From NCBI GenBank assembly GCA_963743305.1, contig CAVUPH010000013.1, positions 1-64,000 on the forward strand: a stretch of DNA of 64,000 bases. Direction: 5' to 3'. Position numbers and translations under genes: made by a program. Below the pieces are notes generated by a model. The model saw nothing but the letters and a program-made list of their open reading frames with translations. It had not been told where the DNA came from and did no database searches. Each line of letters opens with the position of its first letter. The first letter of the stretch is position 1. Shown piece by piece: positions 63,447 to 64,000 of the stretch. This DNA comes from an uncultured delta proteobacterium. Its GTDB lineage: Bacteria > Desulfobacterota > RBG-13-43-22.

Positions 63447-64000
63447 GTGAACACAGTCCAATTTCTGTTCAAAGAAACAACCATTGACTTGAAGGACATT
63501 GACTGGCGGGATACCACCTTTCAAGTCTCCTACGGCCGTTCCCTGCAACCCCTCAAGACATCTATCCAGGTCATCGGGCTTCAGCAGCTTCCTGTCCTGC
63601 AGGAGAGGGGGGGTGAAAGGCTGCGCATTGTTTCCGGGCGCCGAAGGCTTTTGGTCTGGAAACAGCTCCCTCGATCGGACTGCCCGGTCCGGTTGGTTTC
63701 CGCCGATCAGCCGGAAAAGGAACTTTTTCTCTATTGTTTCTATGAAGCGATCGGCCGGGGCGCGCTCAATGTCATTGAACAGGCGGTGGTCCTGGAAAAA
63801 CTGCTAAGGTATTTTCCGGAAGACCGGGTCCTCTCCGACTATCTGCCTTTACTGGGCCTGGCCCCCAAAATGGAAATCCTGCATCGCTACCTGCGGATAG
63901 CCGCCGCCGGTCCCTGGATTTGGCCGGCGGTCGTCGAGGGGAAACTATTTCCGGAAACCCTGGAAGGGATCGACCGGGATTTTCCCGCTCTCCGCGAATT
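63447..64000 (+). CDS. ParB N-terminal-domain protein, partial (runs off the window)
   Basis: Manual translation: LKTSIQVIGLQQLPVL..RIVSGRRRL. Confidence 0.75.
   Translation, partial: MNTVQFLFKETTIDLKDIDWRDTTFQVSYGRSLQPLKTSIQVIGLQQLPVLQERGGERLRIVSGRRRLLVWKQLPRSDCPVRLVSADQPEKELFLYCFYEAIGRGALNVIEQAVVLEKLLRYFPEDRVLSDYLPLLGLAPKMEILHRYLRIAAAGPWIWPAVVEGKLFPETLEGIDRDFPALRE

Overview
The window appears to join two unrelated genomes. Bases 1 to ~13308 look like Chloroflexi/Anaerolineae DNA (inference). This part holds a tRNA-fMet followed by tRNA-derived repeats that bracket an ~8.2 kb nucleoside/sulfur catabolic island, plus a serine hydrolase and an M32 peptidase. From ~13309 to 64000 the DNA looks Desulfobacterota-like (inference). 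It carries two branched-chain-type ABC systems, a TrxR fusion, an acyl-CoA ligase, cspA, glcF, a cbiMNQO-type metal ECF transporter, an HD-GYP regulator, a TA/Mrr/attC islet at tRNA-Pro, frhB-iorAB, emrAB, valS, proC and purC. Many genes carry single-base frameshifts, probably sequencing error. The main non-obvious signals are: (i) a glutaredoxin-like selenoprotein missed by the ORF track; (ii) tRNA 3'-end repeat arrays with a hairpin inserted in the T-loop; (iii) two attC sites with no integrase; (iv) a 52-bp dyad site family with cassette-like flanking direct repeats; (v) TIR-bounded MITEs with interchangeable cargo; (vi) heptamer inverted repeats around a four-helix-bundle gene; (vii) a possible attenuator before cbiM; (viii) a PopZ-like gene before valS.
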